A DNA stretch of 64,000 nt from Mobula hypostoma (lineage: Eukaryota), in contig NC_086097.1 in assembly GCF_963921235.1 (NCBI RefSeq), forward strand, positions 128,900,001 to 128,964,000, written 5' to 3'. Shown here piece after piece: positions 48,925 through 62,071 of the stretch. Position 1 is the stretch's first letter. Each line of letters opens with the position of its first letter. Position numbers and translations under genes: made by a program. The notes under the pieces were generated by a model. The model was not told the origin of the DNA. It did no database searches and saw only the letters and a program-made list of their open reading frames with translations.

Positions 48925-50540
48925 CTTGGGGAGGATCTTCAATATTGATTGCTAAATGTGAATTGTAGCACTACCACTGACTATGTTGCTAAGTCCGAAG
49001 ATTGGGTCTGTGGTAATTAGTGAGGAAACCAACACAAAGGATGAACACACTTGTTTCCATCCTCACTAATCTACCAATCAGAAGCTTCATTTAATGATGA
49101 TTTTGGTAAATTGACCACTATATGGTCCTGGTAGAGACAAGTCCCACCATCATTACAAGGACACTGTCCATCATGCTAGACTTAGCAGCTTGAAACTGGG
49201 TATCCATGATCTACTATGAACCATAAGCAGCAGGAATATACAAACTACAATCAGTAACTTTAAATCAGGCATATCCCTTACACTATCATTACAGCAGTTA
49301 AGGGATCAACCTGAATCAAAGAGCGAAAGACCACCCTGGATCAAAACCAGTGATGCCTGCACAGGAAGTGCAATGCTGATGAAGTTGCAATGCAGGGATA
49401 GCTACATGCTTAGCAGCAAAAATAGAATGCAATGCACAGAGTTATGGAATTCCACGACGAATGGATCAGATTGAAGTTCGGTATGTCGTTCTGAATGGTA
49501 ATGGATAATTCATCCACCAATGATAGGAGGCTCCAAGTATTCATTTTTAACAACTTCACAGCCCAGCGAAAGATAGCACATCAGACAAAACTGAAGCATG
49601 CAGCCTGGACTGTCAAGTGTATGATCCATTCCTGCTTTCTCCTTAATTCTCCACTAATTCTGAAGCTAGTTAGACTCAGTCTATTTGATATAATAGTGTA
49701 GCAAAGACCATTGGTTACAGCAAGCACTATGCAAGCAGACCACATCCTGATTGCCGGTCTTCAGGCCTGCACTCCGGGAATAGCCTTGCTTCCGGATAAG
49801 CTTTTTCAGTAGAGCTGCCTTGGGCACCTTCTAGCCATTGTGAAAAATTATTTAGGAATGTCTACTTCATGAAAAACAGGACAATCCAATCTAATCTGGA
49901 TAAATACCATCTAATTAGCCAATCATCAAGATGATGCAAAACACCATCAAACGTGCTACTAGTGGCACTTACTCACTAATAACCCAGCAGTTAGGGTTTC
50001 ACCTCAGCCTACTCCAAACATAGACCAGAGACATAAGTTCGAGTCATGTGCTGCGAGTTACATCCAAGGAGCATTTAAGCAAGTATAGCATCAAGAAGCA
50101 AAGACAAAACTGCAGTCAATGGGAATGAAATGCAAAACAAGGCCTACACAACATTCAGACACAGTCTGATAAGCAACAAGTAACATTCACACTAAAGAAG
50201 TGCCAGGGAGTGGCCATCTCCATCAAAAACGAGCCTATCCATCTACCCTTGACTTTCAAAGGTGTTACCGTTGCCAAGTAATTCATCATCATCCAGGCAG
50301 GGGGCTCACCACTGGACCTTAGTTTGAAGAAGCTACGTAAATATTCTGGCCATTAGAGCAGAGCAGTAGCTGAGTATCCTGTGACATGACTCCAGGAATA
50401 GCCCCGCTTCCGGCTCAGCTGTTTCGGTAAGCTACAACATAGGCATCTTCTCACACTGTGGAAAATTCTAAAGGATATCTTGGTATAAGTAATACACACT
50501 GGCCTTCCAAATTGGATCCTGGAAAAGAAATAAGAAAAAA
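48925..50540 (+). mobile_element. Ancient, heavily degraded CR1/L2-clade LINE (EN-RT)
   Basis: Remnants VRKPT..ILTNLP..DH..VLVETS; later aagtaacattc..agtgccagg. No intact frame. Confidence 0.5.
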
Positions 50541-52564
50541 GGGAAAAAAACACATTTTGACAACTATAAATAAAGCTTGTGGCATAGAATCCCCACAGAC
50601 TTCGTGCAATACCTCAGGCACTATGTATGTGAAGCTTTCGTTGAAGATATTTATGGGGAATGGACAAGTTGATCTTGCTGGCCAGTATGAATAAGTTGTC
50701 TAATTTCAGCAGATACAGGTGGTGACAATGGAAACAATGAATCGAGGAGCTGGCTCAAATTCAGTAAAAGCTTACAACATGGCAAAGACTTCCAAAGGTA
50801 ATTGGCAATCACAAAGCTCGCCTATGGCGGTTGGAGAAACCATGACTCTTTTCCTGGGAGTCTCTCACTCAAGGTCAGTTTCAATGTCATCCAAGTTTGC
50901 AGAGTCTTTGCCTTACCGTAATGACTGCCCACTTTATTGTATCTCCGGGTCTTTCAGTGAAGTTATTCTCTTGATTCTCTTTCTTTATGTCTTAAGTTCC
51001 TTGGAGCAACTAGGAGCTGGCAGGAAAGCTCTTGTCCTTTGATAACTGTCATCAATGTCCCATACATATCAACTAAAGTGGTGACCAGTATCTTTCTGCA
51101 GCACTACACTGAGAATGGTGAAATGTACTTCAGTATCTGTCTCACTAAAACAAATTCACTGGCAGATACTTGACATTGTTCCTAGTCCATTTGGCATAAT
51201 GTTAATTTTGTTTGCCAAAATAAGATAGCAATTCACCAACAGAAACATGATTCAACTGAAAGTAGTGAACTGGCATGAAAATTCCTTGACATCGCCAGAA
51301 GTTTCCATTTTTCTTGAGACAAGTAATTACTGGACATAACTACTCAGTATATATTGTATCAGTCTTGACAGAAAGTTCAATATAAATACAATATCATTCG
51401 AAAGTAACCTAGTTATCCACAGACCACTTAGAACCTGGCACAGGTACAACTGGCTCATAGAATCATAGGTCCAATAGAAGGGAAGCCGTTGGCCAACTGA
51501 GTGAATGCCAGCTCTCTGTGGGGACAATCCAACTTCCTCGGAGAGAAAGTTAGATAAGTATATGAGGGAGAAAGAAATAGGAAGAGTAAGCTGATAAATA
51601 AAAGAAGGCTCAAGCAGAGAAATGAGTAGGAGACGGTGACATACATATAATAGTTTGTCTTAACTCTATAATATTCAGTAATGGTAAAGCTAGAATATCT
51701 TCTGTTTAATAATAAATGCACATTGCCTTATTTTGTATTTAATACTGAAACTGCCACCATGCAGGCAGCATATAAATTAGTGCTGATAATTTATTGAGGT
51801 ATTGTGCTAAAATATTGATCAGTGGCTACATGGAAAACTGGAACACACTCCATCTCAAAATATGTTGGGAGTGAAGATTTGGTTCTGGTTACAAAACTGA
51901 GGAAGTTGGATTTTTATTGGACAAGCATATATTACTGAACAAGGGTGGGTAACAGGAGTTAAGCCATAAGCCTTCCAAAATCTAACTGAACGGTGGAAAA
52001 AGTTTTAGTAGCTGAATGCACTACACTGCTCCCTTATGCAGTGAATGCTGACACAGGTTGGATATATTCTTGAAGTGGATCATGTGACTTGATACTACAT
52101 CATGTGACATCTCAAAAAGCTCACATGTACAACAATAGTTTCTAAACTCTGTTTTTCTTGTCCAAGTATCCTGAAAGGTAAAACTGGAAGAGTGGGTGAT
52201 CACTACTGTATGTCAATCTCAGTAGTTATGTATGAGTTAGGACAAGTTTAAATTTGCTGAAAGTAACTTATTATAGGACAAAAAAGAAATTACAATTATC
52301 CAGTCACAACGTTGCAGTTTTGGCTGAGTTTTACAGGGCTGAAAAACGTTTACACCTTTAAGCAAATGTTTTATTTCCAGTCTTTCTCTTTTGTATTTCA
52401 ATCATTCTTTTCCATGGCCAGCATTTAACAGTGGCCATTAGTTTGCACACTCTCAGTGTCTGGATTCGAATCTATAAGAAATAAAAACAAAAGTGTTTGA
52501 TGTACTAAGCAAGCCAAGGAGAGAAACTGGGTTAATTTTTCAATCCATAATCATTCATAATTGA

Positions 52565-53697
52565 AACCGTCCTGCATGGGAAGCTAGTCAAGAAGGTTCA
52601 GTCACTTGGTGTTCAAGATGAGGTAGTAAATTGGATTAGACACTGGCTTTGTGGGAGAAGTCAAAGAGTGGTAGTAAATAGTTGCCTCTTTGACTGGAGG
52701 CCTGTGACTAGTGGAATGTCACCAAGATTAGTGCTGGATCCATTACTGTTTGTCATCTATATCATTATCTGAATGATAATGTGGTAATCTGGATCAGCAA
52801 ATTTCCAGATGACAAGAAGATTGGAGTGTAGTGGACAGCGAGGAAGACTATCGGAGCTTGCAGCAGGATCTGGACAAGATGGGAAAATGGGCTGAAAAAT
52901 GGCAGATGGAATTTAATACAGACAAGTGTGAGGTGTTGCACTTTGGTAGAACCAACCAGTGTGGGTCTTACACAGTGAACGATAAGGCACTGAGGAACAT
53001 GGTAGAATAGAGGGATCTGGGAATACAGATCTATAATTCATTGAAAGAGATGGCACAAATAGATAGGATCATAAAGGAAACCTTTGCCAATTTGGCCTTC
53101 ATAAATCAAAGTACTGAGTATAGGAGTTGGGATGTAATATTGAAGTTGTATAAGATGTTGGCGAGGCCTAATTTGGAGTACTGTGTGCAGTTTTGGTCAC
53201 CTACCTTCAGGAAGGATGTAAATAAGGTTAAAAGAGTAAAGAAAAAATTTACAAGGATGTTGCTGGGACTGGAGGACCGAAGTTATAAGGAAAGATTGAA
53301 TAGGTTAGGACCTTATTCCTTGGGATGTTAGAAGTTTAAGGGGAGATCTGATAGATCTGTACAAAATTATGACGTTTATAGATCAGCTAAAAGCAAGCAG
53401 GCTATTTCCTCTGAGATTGGGCGGGACTGCACCTTGCAGGGGTCATGGATTAAGGGTGAAGAGTGAAAAGTTTAAGGGGAACTTGAGGGGAAACGTGTTC
53501 ACTCAGAGGAGTGTGAAACAAGCTGCCAGTGAAAGTGGTGCATGCAAGCTCAACTTCAACTTTTAAGAGAGGTTTGGATAGGTACATGAATGGCAGTGGT
53601 ATGGTGGCCTATGGTCCGGGTGCAGTTTAAATGGTTCAGCATGGACTAGATGGGCTGAAGAGCCTGCTTCTGTGCTGTACTTTTCTATGATTCTATG
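52565..53697 (+). mobile_element. CR1 LINE, 5'-truncated (about 1.1 kb)
   Basis: WIRHWL..QRVVVN..WRPVTSG..LFVIYI..KFPDD; LYKMLARPNLEYCVQFWSP; tail ttctatgattctatg. Confidence 0.92.
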
Positions 53698-54199
53698 AGG
53701 GGGCATTGAAAAAAGATGTTAACATTGTTTCTCCCCCTTCATGCTGTCCGACCAACAAAGAACATCCAGCACTTTCTGTTTTTATTCCAGGTTCTTAAGA
53801 TCCACAGTTGTTACTTTTGTATTTATGCTCACTCTTTTGCTCTTGCCCATAAGGGTCCCTACTTTTGCTAAGTCAAGTTCACCCCTTAAGAGGGAAAGGA
53901 AGTGATGTTTTCAATGTTTTCATAGCATTGTGCTAACATTCACTCTTAAGTCTCATAGAATTGTGCAGTATAGTTGTGGGTGCATATTATCCTCTACTTT
54001 TAAAATTTGATTGCAGTTGATAAAAGGAAATTTTGGAAACAAAGAACAATGTGCAACCAATATATCGTGCTCTCGATCCCGCATTGGAATGTCCCACCAT
54101 CACATCTAATGATATCTGCAGATTATTTTTCATGACCGGTTACCATGAACTGATTTCATAGTTCTTAGTAATGGTACATTAGGATGAACACCACTTTTT

Positions 54200-54375
54200 T
54201 AGCACTCACTGAGTCAGATATAAAACCCTATGTGAGAACAAAATCCAGACACTCAAGAGAGGACGGATCACACAAAGTATTGTCCTTGGAATAATATATT
54301 GAACCAAAGTCCTGTTTGCCTTTCAAAATGGACCAAAAGGCATTATTTCAAAGCCAAGCATTGGGGTTCTACCTA
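54200..54375 (+). mobile_element. Very degraded DeuSINE
   Basis: tagcactcactgagtcaga..aaaatccagacactc..ggcattatttcaaag. Confidence 0.4.
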
Positions 54376-54494
54376 CTTTTCTGAACTAACACAAATAAAG
54401 CAGAATTAATATATAAAGCAAATCAACCAACAGGATTTTTCTACAGTAGAATGACATTAAAGAGGCAGGGAAGTTATGCTAACTCTGTGCAAAA

Positions 54495-55075
54495 CCAGTG
54501 CTGTTGAAAGTTTGAAGCAGCAAACAAGATGTTGAAGGAGCTCAGGCAGCTTCTATGTAGACAGTCTACATTTCGGGTTGAGACCCTTCAGTGCTACTTC
54601 AGATGCCATCAACTGCAGTCCTTTGTGCCTTTGAGCTCTGGTTGCCACATAACAGGAATACAGAGGAACGAGAGGGTGCAGAGAAGAGTAATACCAAGAA
54701 TGCAATGGTACACATTTCAAGAAAGCATGAGTATATTGAGTGGTATGAAGGTAACACTTCGGCTCCAAGACCCTTTTTCTAATGAATGGATTCAGGGAAA
54801 ATGTGTCCATATGTGGGAAAGAGAACAAAGGACAGAGAATTTAGAGGAAACATATTTACCCAAACAGGAACAGTAATATGGAACTCACTACAACATAGAA
54901 TAGTTGAAGCCTATGGATAGAAACACACAGTTCATGAGAGACAAGATGGGTGCATAAGGGAGAAGGGGGTACAGGGTGACACTGAAAGCTGTGAAAGACA
55001 GACAACAGCTTGAGGATGGATACATGAGAGCATGGAGTGGTCAGGTTATAAAGTGCTTCTGTGCTGTATTCACCT
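54495..55075. mobile_element. Penelope tail with partial hammerhead (54563-54590, minus), followed by degraded CR1 (plus)
   Basis: Reverse strand tgaagggtctcaacccgaaatgtagact; gagagggtgcagagaaga. Confidence 0.55.
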
Positions 55076-55409
55076 AATTTTCTCTTATCCCATTTTTGTC
55101 AGTGTTTGCTTTCTGTCTAGGATAGGCTGTTGTATTTCCTGTATTACAATGGTGATGGTATATCACTGGCTCTAATGCAGTCTGCACACTGTATTGTCAT
55201 GAAGGTTCCGCAGAAGTGCAAGCACTTTCCTCCTTGCTTTTATGACAGATATTAAACTTCCTATTAGAGATTAAACTCTGTTCATTTCCAAGTTTTTAAA
55301 TGCTTGTTATTTAAAAATTGCTAAAGCACTTTGACTTGCTAAGGTTTATGATTGAGACTTAAATAAAATAGTGTTAGTTTTGCATTGAAAGGAAATGCAT
55401 TGTTAGACC

Positions 55410-56846
55410 AATATATTGGTGCTGCTTCCTGCACCCATGCTGAGCTCTCAATTTCATCAACTTTGCCTCCAGCTTCCACCCTGCTCTTAATTCATCTGGT
55501 CCATTTCTGACACCTCTCTCCCCTTTCTCAATCTCTGGAGACAAACTGTCTATCAACATCGTTTATAATCCCTCTGATTCCCACGGCTATTGTGACTATA
55601 CCTCTTTTCACCCAACCTTCTGTAAAAACAAAACACTATTCTCTTTTCTCAGTTCCTTCGTCTTCACCATATCTATTCCCAGGATGAGCCTTTCCTTTCC
55701 AGGACATCAGAAATGTCCTCCTTTTTCAAAGAAAGGGTGTTTCCCTTCCTCCACTATTGATGCTGCCCTCAATTGCATCTCCTCCATTTCTTGAACATCC
55801 ACATTCACACCATCTTTCCACCACCTTAACAGAGATAGAGTTCATCTTGTCCTCAACAACCAGGCCATGAGCCTCCGCATCCAACATACCATTATCTACA
55901 ACTTCTGCCATCTTCAAAGGGACCCTAACGCCAAACAATTTTACCACCACCCCCCACTCCTTGCTTTCAGCAGAGATCACTCCCTCTATATTCCCTTGTC
56001 TGTTTGTCTCTCCTCACTTATCTCCCTCCTTGCACGTATCCCTGCAAGCAACAGAAATGCTACACCTGAACATTCACCTCCTCCCTCACCTCCATTCAGG
56101 GCCCCAAACGGTCCTTCCAGGTGAGGCAACACCTCACCTATGAATCTGTTGGGGTCGTCTACTGTATCCAGTGATTCCCGATACAGCCTCCTGTGCATTG
56201 ATGAGACCTGATATAAATTGGGGAACCGCTCAGTCGAGCACCTCCGCTCTAGCCACAAGAAGTGGGATTTCCCAGTGGCCAAACATTTAAAATCTTATCC
56301 CTATTCCCTTCCCAACATGTTGGTCCATGGCCTCCTCTTCTGCCACAACGAGGTCACTCTCAGAGTGGAGGAGCGACTCATGATATTCCGTCTAGGAAAC
56401 CTCCAATCTGAAAGCAATAAAAATGATCACTCTTTCTGGTATTTCTCCCCCCCCCCACCACTTTCCCTCTTCTATTTCCCACTCTGGCCAGGAACATCTT
56501 CTCTTTATCTGCCTATCACCTCCTTGTGGTTCCCCTACTTCTTTCCTTTCTCCCATAGTCCACTTTCCTCTCCTATCAGGTTCCTTCTTCTCCAGCCCTT
56601 TGCCTTTTCCAATTATCCAGTTTCTTACTTCAACTCTTCTTGCCCTTCTAGCTTGTCCTCTTTTCATTCCCCCCACCTTTTTAATATGCTATCTTCCCCC
56701 CTTCCCTACCAGTCCTAATAAAGGCTCGCGGCCTGAAACGTTGAATTTTTATTCCTCTCCATAGATGCTGCCTGACCTGCTGAGTTCCTCCAGCATTTTG
56801 TATGTGTTGCTCTGGATTTCCAGCATCTGCAGAATCTCTTGTATTT
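55410..56846 (+). mobile_element. Penelope-like retroelement, 5'-truncated: RT C-terminus, GIY-YIG endonuclease, 3' tail with decayed hammerhead (56711-56746)
   Basis: IGAASCTHAEL..FINFAS.FHPAL..WSISDTSL, SDSHGY.DYTS.HP, FSQFLRL, SFQVRQHLTYESVGVVYCI, RSVEHLRS..FPVAKH, TLRVEERLMIFRLGNLQ. Confidence 0.92.
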
Positions 56847-57489
56847 ACACCAATATTGTGCAGACAATCCAGGAAGCAAAATGCAGAAGTCGGTAATATA
56901 TCATTTTGTGCTTTCAGAGATTTCAGAATCACCTATGATCACTTTGTAGTAAAAGGTATGTTGAACTGGCCAACATGAAACACATTTTTTATTCATTTGT
57001 TTTGTGCAGTAGTACATAATGATATTGCTTGCCATTTGGTTTTCCTCATGCTGTAGCTCCTTTCAGTCTGAGATACCCTAAAGCATTTTTGTTTTCAATC
57101 AAAGAAAGCCATGCCATAGCCAAGTATTCTTATCTGAATTAAAAACCTTAAGGAGCAAGTGCAGGAATAAGTAGGGTAACAGACCATCAATTCTATTTTA
57201 GTATTCTTGCAAATCCAAAGCCAATTGTTTACCTGCCAGAATTACAGAGAGAAACAAAATGTGCAAAGCAACAAGTGCAAAAAATATCTCAGGGGATGCT
57301 GAATGGGAAATTGTCCATTGCTGAAGACAGAGCATGAACGTATACAGAATGCACAAACCTAGACTTCCACAAAATAAAGGTAAGGTGGGTTTGGTGGAAT
57401 AGGAGGCACATCACTGAAGTGGTAATCCAGAGTGATGAATGGTCCAAAGACCCAAGTTTACATCTACCAGGGCAGCTGAGTAATCTCAG

Positions 57490-57742
57490 AGTCAGAATCA
57501 AAGAGAAACAGGCACTTGAGCCCACCAAGACTGTGCTAATGAATAACCAATCATTTGTGTTAATCCAACATTAATCCCATTGCACGTTTTCACCAGCTCC
57601 CCCAAGATTCCATTACTCACTGACACACAACGGGCGATTTACAGTTGCAAATAAATCTACTAACCTGCACGTCTGCGCGATGTGGGAAGAAATCAGAGTA
57701 TGCAGAGGAAAGTCATATGGACACAGGGAGCGCGTGTAGACT

Positions 57743-57824
<82 letters not shown>

Positions 57825-57890
57825 ACCATCTGAGGTCAGGGCTGAACCCAGGTTGGCCACGTGGCAAGGCAGAGGCTCATACTAGCTGCC
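57490..57890 (-). mobile_element. V-SINE containing a compound microsatellite
   Basis: gatgtgggaagaaatcagagtatgcagaggaaagtcatatggacacagggag; ggtcagggctgaacccagg. Confidence 0.7.
57748..57826. repeat. (TA)n(CA)n microsatellite
   Basis: Directly visible. Confidence 0.97.
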
Positions 57891-59974
57891 CAGCTCTGCT
57901 CCCCTAAATTCAGTTAATTAGTATATTTAGGTACGATCATTAAATGTTGACTTTATTGACGATCTCACTTCCTACAAATGAAGAGATAAAATTTAAATTT
58001 GAGTTTAATCTGAATTTTGCCAATTTAAACAAATGTAACCATAGGTTAGTCTCTGGTGACCTTACAGCACCTGGTACCAGATCTGCCTTAGTGCCCTGGT
58101 AATCGAGCATGTATTTAATATTTGGGTCTGCAGGTATAGTATAGTGTGCCTCTGGATTGATTTATTGTCTGATTAAGCTCCTCATAGAACATTGGCTTTG
58201 TCTGAGACACTAAATCTGCAAGATGGTGGAGAGGAAGGGCAAGTGGTGCCTGCTTCCAATTCTATTATTCTGGTCCAGAAGATATGGCTGCATTCTGTGG
58301 ATACTTGAACAAACTGGGGCACACAGCTTAGGAGTTTGTTAGAATTGAATTTGGACTGAAAGAATGCTCATGTCGATGTCATTTGCATTCTGGTTGACTA
58401 ACAATAGAAAGAAACCTATTTCAATCAAAAGCAGTCAGATGGAATAATAATTGTTTTCATGAGCACTTGGCTGGAGAAAGTCTTATCAGAGGCCCTCAAC
58501 ATGTCTGTGCACAAATAAGGCTTTTATGAAGTTACCAGGATGAGCGAGAAGGGCATGCTTAATGTTTGGAATTAATTCTGGACGAGTTATGTGATTTTCT
58601 GTAGTGATGACTTCTATGAATGGATTAATCAACAGGTTTGTGGCTGATACAAAGTTTCACTTGTAATGACCATGTGGATGAGAATACACTGCAGACAGAT
58701 CTCAGTGAAATGGGGGATTAAGGACCTCCACTTGGATTTTGGATAAATACCATATTATGTGCCCAGGTAATGAACAATCAGTGTTTCTACTCTCTACTGT
58801 ATACAAGCTGATGACTATTTGGAAAGATGCTAAACTGAGCAATCTTCTTTTAATTTTCAAAATTCTTTTCAGATGTACGGCCAGAGTAATTAGTAGTTGG
58901 AAGGTATTAGAAGGCACATCATGAGTGGATTCAATGTAAAGCAAAACATACGGCATTGACCTTGTATAAAACTTTGCTTTGGGTCTCACTGGGAGCACTA
59001 CATCAAATGTGTTACATGGTCATACAGCCTTACACAAAAGATCATAAAGCCCACGAAACGTTATCCATTTCAAAACAATCTGGCTTCAAAAGTTCACAAT
59101 CTCATGGTTTGATTCAGAGGCTGTTTTATATCTGGGATAATATTAAATAAAAGAATTACAAAGTAATCCTAACTAATTTAATAAAAGAAAAGCAATTTTG
59201 CAAAATAATTAACAAACTGTAAAGCAACAAGACTAATGCCATCATGGTGGCACCCCAGTGTGTCCCTGCTATCAGATTATCGAGTTGAGACTTGTTTTAG
59301 AATAACAAAAGAATTATGCAAGTGAGATATGCAAAGACAAATCAGATCTGGTGTGAGGAAAAGGTTCTATCATTAATGGAAAATAGGGCTATGAATGAAG
59401 TTACCTGCTGTCCAAAAAATCTTGAAATACTGAAAACTTCACAAGTTATTTGGAACAGTTAGCAGACTGAGGATGGAGATCATGGCAAGCATAGGCAGGT
59501 GGAACAATAAGTAATATAAATCATCGTCAATGGCTTTACCTGGATTAGCTCTTTTCAAGAAAGGGTGCACAAGAGGAAGATTTTAGAACCTCTCATTCTA
59601 AACTGGCTTTGGAATTTATTTTAATTAATCTGCTTTATTGTTGTTCTTGAGTGACTACACAATTATTGATGTGCCAAAGGACAAGTGACATGGTGGTCCA
59701 GACTCAGTCTTCTGCATGCTATCAGCATTCCGGATCAGTGGCCTGATTCAGTGAAACCCGCAAATAATGCAACAGCCTAGAAATTGTGTGATATGACAAC
59801 AGGTCTTGCAACTTTTGGGACTCTTGCACAAAAAAAACGGGGAAGTTGTCACCCTGCCGACTATGTCCACTAATCACTTCCTGGTCACCCTTCACCAAAG
59901 GATTCCACACTGGTGGAAAAATTCCTCAGCACTTGTAATCCTTTGAGAGCTTAATATATACCAATTAAATATGA

Positions 59975-61565
59975 GACTATAAGACCATAACACACAGAAG
60001 CAGAATTAGGTCATTCAGCCCATTGAGTCTGTTCCGTCATTCCATCATGGCTGATCCCAGATCCCACTCAACCCCATATGCCTGCCTTCTCACCATATCC
60101 CTTGCGGCTCTGACCAATTAGGAAGCAATCAGCTTCTGCTTTAAATATACCCATAGACTTGGCCTTCACCGCAGTCTGCGGCACAGCATTCCACTGATTC
60201 ACAACTCTCTGACCAAAAAACAATTCCTCCTTACCTCCATTCTAAAAGGTCACCCCTCAATTTTGAGGCTGTGCCCTCCAGTTCTGCATACCCCCACCAC
60301 AGGAAACATCCTCTCCATATTCACCCTATCTAGTCCTTTCAACATAGGAGCATAGAAACATAGAAAATAGGTGCAGGAGTAGGCCATTCGGCCCTTCGAG
60401 CCTGTACAGCCATTCAGTATGATCATGGCTGATCATCCAACTCAGAACCCTGTACCTGCCTTCTCTCCATACCCCCGATCTCTTTAGCCACAAGGGCCAT
60501 ATCTATCTCCCTCTTAAATATAGCCAATTCTGTAGGTTTCAATGAGATCCCCAAGCCTTCTTCTAAATTCCAGTGAGTACAGGCCCAAGGATGCCAAAGG
60601 CTCCTCATATGTTAACCCCTTCATTCCTGGAATTACCTCATGAACCTCCCCTGGACTCTCTCCAATGACAACACATCCTTCCTGAGATACGGGGCGGGAG
60701 GAGAAGATGGCGGCGCAACGCAGCGTGCGTAGCCTCTCCGGTGAAATGATATCGTATTTATAAGCAGGATGCCGTGCACAATTCTGATTTGATGGAGACA
60801 GACGTGAGAAGCAGGGGAACATCTGGAGAAATTTCTGAAATGCCCGGTTCGCTACCGCTGCTACTGTGCGAACGAGAATCTCTGGAGGGAAGGCCCCAAA
60901 ATCCTCGGCTTTGCCTGCTGCTGGCGACCAAGATTGAGGTCGAAGCGTTCGGCAGAGATGGTGCTCGGTACTCGGTGTCGGAGGGCTGATCAGAACTCAA
61001 AGTTTGCGGATGACTCAGAGCCGGACTGTGGTCGGGTATGGCAGGGAGAGTTTTCTTCCTTCTCCTGTCTGCGTGAGATGTGGGACTTTCGAGAGACTTT
61101 GAACTTTTTTACTGTGCCATGGCCTGTTCTTCACCAAGTTATGGTATTGTTGTACTGTTGTAACTATATGTTATAATTATGTGGTTTTTGTTAGTTTTTC
61201 AGTCTTGGTCTGTCCTGTGTTTCTGTGATATCACACTGGAGGAATATTGTATCATTTCTTAATGCATGCATTACTAAATGACAATAAAAGAGGACTGTGT
61301 GTCCTCATAATCTAATCTAATCTAAAATCTGTTGACAATACTCCGTAGGGCCTGACTAGTGTCTTATAAAGGCTCAGCATTATTTACTTGCTTTTATATT
61401 CTACTAGCCTTGAAATAAATGCCACCATTACATTTGCCTTCTTTACCAGAGACTCAACCTGTAAATTAACCTTTTGGGAGTCTTGCATGGGGACTCCCAA
61501 GTCCCTGTGTACCTCTGATGTCTGAACCTTCTCCCCATTTAGATAATAGTCTGCACTATTCACTG
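59975..61565 (-). mobile_element. CR1 3' part, interrupted by a second CR1 tail (about 60347-60527) and by the 60696 element
   Basis: YYLNGEKVQTSEVHRDLGV..LVEYKSK; PGMKGLTYEEPLASLGLYSLEFRR. Confidence 0.85.
60696..61325 (+). mobile_element. Non-autonomous non-LTR retroposon (about 630 bp)
   Basis: CpG-rich head gggaggagAAGATGGCGGCG; no coding homology; aataaa, hairpin GAGGAC-tgtgt-GTCCTC and (ATCTA)n tail. Splits a CR1 between ggggc and aaatctg. Confidence 0.75.
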
Positions 61566-61661
61566 TATGGCTGCAAGAAATGGAACATAAAACAGTACAA
61601 CAGAGAAACAGACCCTTTGCCCACAATGTTGTGCCAAACAAATTGAGCTAATTATTCCTAA

Positions 61662-62071
61662 CACGAGGAAATCTGCAGATGCTGGAATTTCAAGCAACAC
61701 ACATAAAAGTTGCTGGTGAACGCAGCAGGCCAGGCAGCATCTCTAGGAAGAGGTACAGTCCCTATTTCGGGCCAAGACCCTTCGTCAGGACTAACTGAAA
61801 GAAGAGTTAGTAAGAGATTTGAAAGTGGGAGGGGGAGGGGGAAATCCAAAATGATAGGAGAAGACAGGAGGGGGTTGGGATGGAGCCAAGAGTTGGACAA
61901 TTGATTGGCAAAAGGGATATGAGAGGATCATGGGACAGGAGGCCTAGGGAGAAAGAAAAGGGGGTGGGGGGGGAGGAACCCAGAGGATGGGCAAGGGGTA
62001 TAGTGAGAGGCACTTCCTATTTTCTTCCTAGAGATGCTGTCTGGCCTGCTGCATTCACCAGCAACTTTTAT
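61662..62071 (-). mobile_element. 410 bp Penelope-derived insert with 14 bp TSD, inverted terminal segment and hammerhead (61757-61792)
   Basis: TSD ctaattattcctaa at 61648-61661 and 62072-62085. About 48 bp inverted repeat, 61704-61751 vs 62023-62070. Confidence 0.9.

Noticed and set aside
50719..51042. 107 aa ORF and a minus-strand donor-like ACG|gtaagg near 50915
   Set aside because: In-frame stop upstream of the donor and no homology; not the next upstream exon, which probably lies beyond the window.
56218..56764. Long Pro/Ser/Phe-rich ORFs (also 5666-6252)
   Set aside because: Read-through of low-complexity pyrimidine tracts in Penelope 3' regions.
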